From Pseudomonadota bacterium (GTDB lineage Bacteria > Bdellovibrionota > Bdellovibrionia > Bdellovibrionales > Bdellovibrionaceae): DNA of 64,000 nucleotides. This document shows positions 60,480 through 64,000 of the stretch, one piece after another. Within the stretch, counting starts at the first letter, position 1. Each line of letters opens with the position of its first letter. The DNA lies in assembly GCA_041178425.1 (NCBI GenBank), contig JBEGVH010000020.1:87242-151241 (forward strand), given 5' to 3'. Under the pieces are notes generated by a model. That model was not told the DNA's origin, searched no databases, and saw only the letters and a program-made list of their open reading frames with translations. The position numbers were made by a program, and so were the translations under genes.

Positions 60480-62036
60480 ATGTTAGAATCAGTAAAATCA
60501 CAACCAACGTCAGTCCCTTTTAACTCTGTTGAAGAGGTCATAACTCTGATCGATGCTCTCCCCTACAATGTAATGTATTGTGACTTAGCGTTTACGATAC
60601 GGTATATGAATCAGCGCAGCTTTGAAACTCTCAAGGTTCTGCGCAAACATCTTCCTATTGACCCAGAACGGATCGTAGGAGCTAACATCGATATTTTTCA
60701 CCGTAATCCTAACAATGTTCGCCAAATTTTATCAAATGAGAGAAACCTGCCCCACAACGCTGTCATTCAACTTGGGCCAGAAAAACTTGAACTCAACGTG
60801 GTAGCTATTCGTACCAATGGGAAAGAATATTCAGGAGCCATGGTCACTTGGGAAATCGTTACGACCAAGTTAAAAACCGAGAGCGAACTTGCTCGCACCG
60901 TTTCGATGATGGAAAACTCACCCATCAATGTAATGTGCACTGACCTCGATTTTAATGTGGCTTATATGAATCCTAAATCACGAGAAACGCTGAGAAGCCT
61001 CGAAAAATACTTGCCGACCACTGTTGATAAAATGATTGGGCAATCAATTGATATTTTTCACAAAAATCCAGACATTCAACGTAAGATTCTTTCGAACCCC
61101 AGAAATCTTCCACACTCGGCCAAAATTAAAGTGGGACCAGAAACTCTCTCACTCAACGTGACAGCCATGTATGACCACGAAAAACGTTACGTGGGCCCAA
61201 TGGTCACATGGGAAATCATTACGGATAAAATCACGCTGATGCAAGCACTCGAAGAAACATCCAATCAACTAGCGGCCGCTGCCGACGAACTAAGTGCTAC
61301 AGCTCGTCAGCTAACGAGTAATGCAACGCTCACTTCTGATCAGAGTAATTCGGCTGCTTCAAATACTCAAACCGTTGCCAACGGAGTTCAGGTGGTTGCC
61401 ACAAACACCGAGGAACTTGTCGCTTCTATAAAAGAAATAGCAAGAAACACCTCCGAGGCAGCGAATATTTCTAGAGACACGATGAAACGAGCAACTGAAA
61501 CAAATTCAACGATTACTCAGCTCGGCTCGAGCTCGCAAGAAATCGGAAACGTCATCAAGGTAATTAGCTCTATTGCGCAGCAGACAAATCTCCTTGCCCT
61601 CAATGCAACCATCGAAGCGGCACGAGCCGGAGACGCAGGAAAAGGTTTCGCGGTTGTTGCCAATGAAGTCAAAGAACTTGCCAAACAGACCGCCAAAGCC
61701 ACCGAAGATATCACCAATCGAATCAATGCAATTCAGGGCGACACCAAAGAAGCCGTTTCCGCCATCAATGGCATTTCTCAAGTGATTGAAAAACTCAACG
61801 GCATATCCGTGGCGATTGCCGCCGCTGTTGAAGAACAAACGGCCACGGCCAACGAGGTAGCACGTGTTGTAAAAGAGTCAAATCGTGGGGTTGACGGAAT
61901 TTCAGAGATTGTGAAAAACGTCAGTGCTGCCGCCAAACAAAGTGCGTCGGGCGCAAGCCAAACGTTAGATGCGGCCCATAGTCTCTCACAACTCGCTGAG
62001 CGCCTTAGAAATCTCGTTAAAAGCGTTAAGGTTTAA
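60480..62036 (+). CDS. soluble chemoreceptor with two Aer2-type PAS domains
   Basis: No TM; 2x G.(N/S)IDIFH.NP...VTWE at 120-aa spacing; [35 protein letters not shown]. Confidence 0.92.
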   Translation: MLESVKSQPTSVPFNSVEEVITLIDALPYNVMYCDLAFTIRYMNQRSFETLKVLRKHLPIDPERIVGANIDIFHRNPNNVRQILSNERNLPHNAVIQLGPEKLELNVVAIRTNGKEYSGAMVTWEIVTTKLKTESELARTVSMMENSPINVMCTDLDFNVAYMNPKSRETLRSLEKYLPTTVDKMIGQSIDIFHKNPDIQRKILSNPRNLPHSAKIKVGPETLSLNVTAMYDHEKRYVGPMVTWEIITDKITLMQALEETSNQLAAAADELSATARQLTSNATLTSDQSNSAASNTQTVANGVQVVATNTEELVASIKEIARNTSEAANISRDTMKRATETNSTITQLGSSSQEIGNVIKVISSIAQQTNLLALNATIEAARAGDAGKGFAVVANEVKELAKQTAKATEDITNRINAIQGDTKEAVSAINGISQVIEKLNGISVAIAAAVEEQTATANEVARVVKESNRGVDGISEIVKNVSAAAKQSASGASQTLDAAHSLSQLAERLRNLVKSVKV

Positions 62037-62044
62037 AGCTAACA

Positions 62045-63133
62045 ATGAAAATACTCATTGTTGACGATTCCGTCGTCTTTAGAACGCAAATTACTAACGC
62101 TCTAGCAGCTGTTCCCGGTGTTGAAATCGTCGGAACAGCTTCTAACGGTCGAATTGCGTTACAAAGAATCAGTCAACAGCCCGTCGAGCTCATGACCCTC
62201 GACATGGAAATGCCAGAGCTCGATGGAATGGAGACTCTAAAAATTCTCCGCGCCCAAAACAAAGATATAAAGGTTATTGTTTTTTCTTCGCAAACAGTCA
62301 GAGGTGCTGAAAAAGCTTTAGAAGCTCTTCGTGCTGGCGCAGATGACGTAGTTGCGAAACCGTCTGGAGATAATCTCAACTTCGAAACTGCTCTCGACGC
62401 AGTCAAAACAGCTCTTGTACCTAAGGTTCTTCAATTCATGGAAAAGAAGACCGAGGCATCGACGCCTCGAGAATCGCAATCCCAAAAGCCGACAGTCAGT
62501 GAACCCATTAAAACTAAAGAGTCTTTCAACGACCAGAAAAAACTTGATCTTCGAGCCACCAATCCTAAGGCGATTGTTATTGCTAGTTCAACGGGAGGAC
62601 CGACCGCTCTCGAGGCTATTTTTTCAAAAATTCCAGGTCCATATAAAATTCCGGTACTCATTGCGCAGCATATGCCTCCCGTCTTCACCCAAATACTTGC
62701 AAAGCGAATTGGAGACTTGACGGGTGTTCCATCAAGAGAAGCTGTTCACGGCGAAGCAATTCAGCCCAATAATATCTATTTTGCTCCAGGAGACTATCAT
62801 CTTCGAATTCAAAAAATGAACAGCTTTTACTTCACTCACCTAGCTAAAGACGATTTACGAAACTCGGTGCGACCATCGGCAGACTACCTTTTTGAAAGCG
62901 CCGCAGAGACTTATCAAAAAAATCTTTTAGGGGTGATTCTTACCGGAATGGGCGAAGACGGTAAAGATGGTGCAAAAGCAATAAAAAGGGCCGAAGGAGG
63001 CATTCTGCTTCAAAACAAGGAGAGCTGCACTGTTTATGGAATGCCGAGGGCGGCTTTTGATGCGGGGGCTTATGACCAAACCAGCGATCTCGATGGAATT
63101 AGAGACCTACTCACCCATTTTCTGAAAGGCTAA
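62045..63133 (+). CDS. cheB: chemotaxis methylesterase CheB
   Basis: REC plus SSTGGP, QHMP, RPSAD, LTGMGEDG, YGMP. Confidence 0.95.
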   Translation: MKILIVDDSVVFRTQITNALAAVPGVEIVGTASNGRIALQRISQQPVELMTLDMEMPELDGMETLKILRAQNKDIKVIVFSSQTVRGAEKALEALRAGADDVVAKPSGDNLNFETALDAVKTALVPKVLQFMEKKTEASTPRESQSQKPTVSEPIKTKESFNDQKKLDLRATNPKAIVIASSTGGPTALEAIFSKIPGPYKIPVLIAQHMPPVFTQILAKRIGDLTGVPSREAVHGEAIQPNNIYFAPGDYHLRIQKMNSFYFTHLAKDDLRNSVRPSADYLFESAAETYQKNLLGVILTGMGEDGKDGAKAIKRAEGGILLQNKESCTVYGMPRAAFDAGAYDQTSDLDGIRDLLTHFLKG

Positions 63134-63148
63134 TGAGGAAATTCAACT

Positions 63149-64000
63149 ATGAAATATTTTGGTGAATATCTTATACATCACAAAATTGTTAGCGCTGAAA
63201 ATCTGGTTAAAGCAACGATCGAGCAAATGGAATCTCAACCAGTCGCATCTAAAATCGCCTTTGAAATCGGACTTCTGAGTGCCGAGGAGATGATCCTAAT
63301 CTTTAAATTTCAACAGGAGAACAAAACTCATTTTTTGGATGCCGCTCAAAAAACTAAAATACTCACAGCCGATAAGCGAGACCAACTGGAACTAGAACTC
63401 TCAAAGCGTTCAACATCTTTAGCCACCATTCTCTTAAACAAGGGCTACGTAGAACTTAAAGATCTCGTACGCTCCCTAGACGAGTTCATTAGTGAATCGA
63501 AAGCTTCAGGTCAAAGTCCTGCAACATCGAACTCATCGTCTCCCTCTGTGCCTTCACCCCTTGCTGTATCGGAAGATGGTGACATGACTTTTAATTCGAT
63601 TGATGGATCCTCAGCGACTCAATTAGCCCAAATATTTTCGAAAGAAAAAATGAATGAACTCATTAATGTTCTTCAACTCGTGAAACAAAATGCAACCATG
63701 AAAGACTTAGTCCATGAGTTTATGGATGATTCGCTGAAGACCATTGTAAAATTGAAGGAAGTAGCACACGACCATCAGGGTTTGTTGGTTGAAAAAGTAC
63801 TTGAAACAATCGAAGGTGCTATGTCAAAGGTCGTCAACGGACAAACCTCAGAGCCTGATCGCATTGCCCAAGTAATCGTACCATCTATTGAAGCTGGACT
63901 GCATTTTTGTAGTGAAGCAACGACTGAACTAGAAAAAAACAGAAATGATAGTGTGTTTTGGCAAAAGCCCGAGGCCAGAGCCCAATTTAAAGACTTTACG
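63149..64000 (+). CDS. partial: protein with N-terminal MshEN-like repeats and a C-terminal helical domain
   Basis: GAGG SD; MKYFGEYLIHHKIVSAENLVKATIEQ...LATILLNKGYVELKDL; open to the window end; absent from the ORF track. Confidence 0.75.
   Translation, partial: MKYFGEYLIHHKIVSAENLVKATIEQMESQPVASKIAFEIGLLSAEEMILIFKFQQENKTHFLDAAQKTKILTADKRDQLELELSKRSTSLATILLNKGYVELKDLVRSLDEFISESKASGQSPATSNSSSPSVPSPLAVSEDGDMTFNSIDGSSATQLAQIFSKEKMNELINVLQLVKQNATMKDLVHEFMDDSLKTIVKLKEVAHDHQGLLVEKVLETIEGAMSKVVNGQTSEPDRIAQVIVPSIEAGLHFCSEATTELEKNRNDSVFWQKPEARAQFKDFT

Overview
Chromosomal window of about 42% GC (estimated by eye). Gene content points to a Bdellovibrionota-type predatory bacterium (inference): MAT-like fibres, sigma-28-type promoters and many secreted orphans. 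Left end (1-3600): a phage tail-tip-like cassette (gp38-like Gly-rich adhesin end, small ORF, cupin) converges on two fibre genes. These look like one adhesin split into a Sec-type stalk and a Tat-exported, S74-chaperoned tip. Next come RRM-infA, DCC/ogt/rluA, and a sulP-dabA-dabB inorganic-carbon uptake operon divergent from a two-component system. Then glutaredoxin, secreted orphans, O-methyltransferase, aceE, a TonB-family gene, PP2C-M23, rplM-rpsI, truA, a CFI-box protein/beta-barrel pair, pssA, dsbA and mlaED. An un-called 29-aa Lys/Ala/Thr microprotein follows with its own promoter, RBS and terminator. The right half holds tadBC-like genes, a transsulfuration pair, tRNA-Phe, dusB-typA, a minimal eutBC plus aldehyde dehydrogenase module, an mtgA operon, large secreted orphans, and a chemosensory operon (hybrid CheA, CheW, Aer2-like di-PAS receptor, CheB, MshEN-like protein). 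No CRISPR array, integrase, transposase or rRNA was seen. All family calls come from motif recognition; no searches were run.
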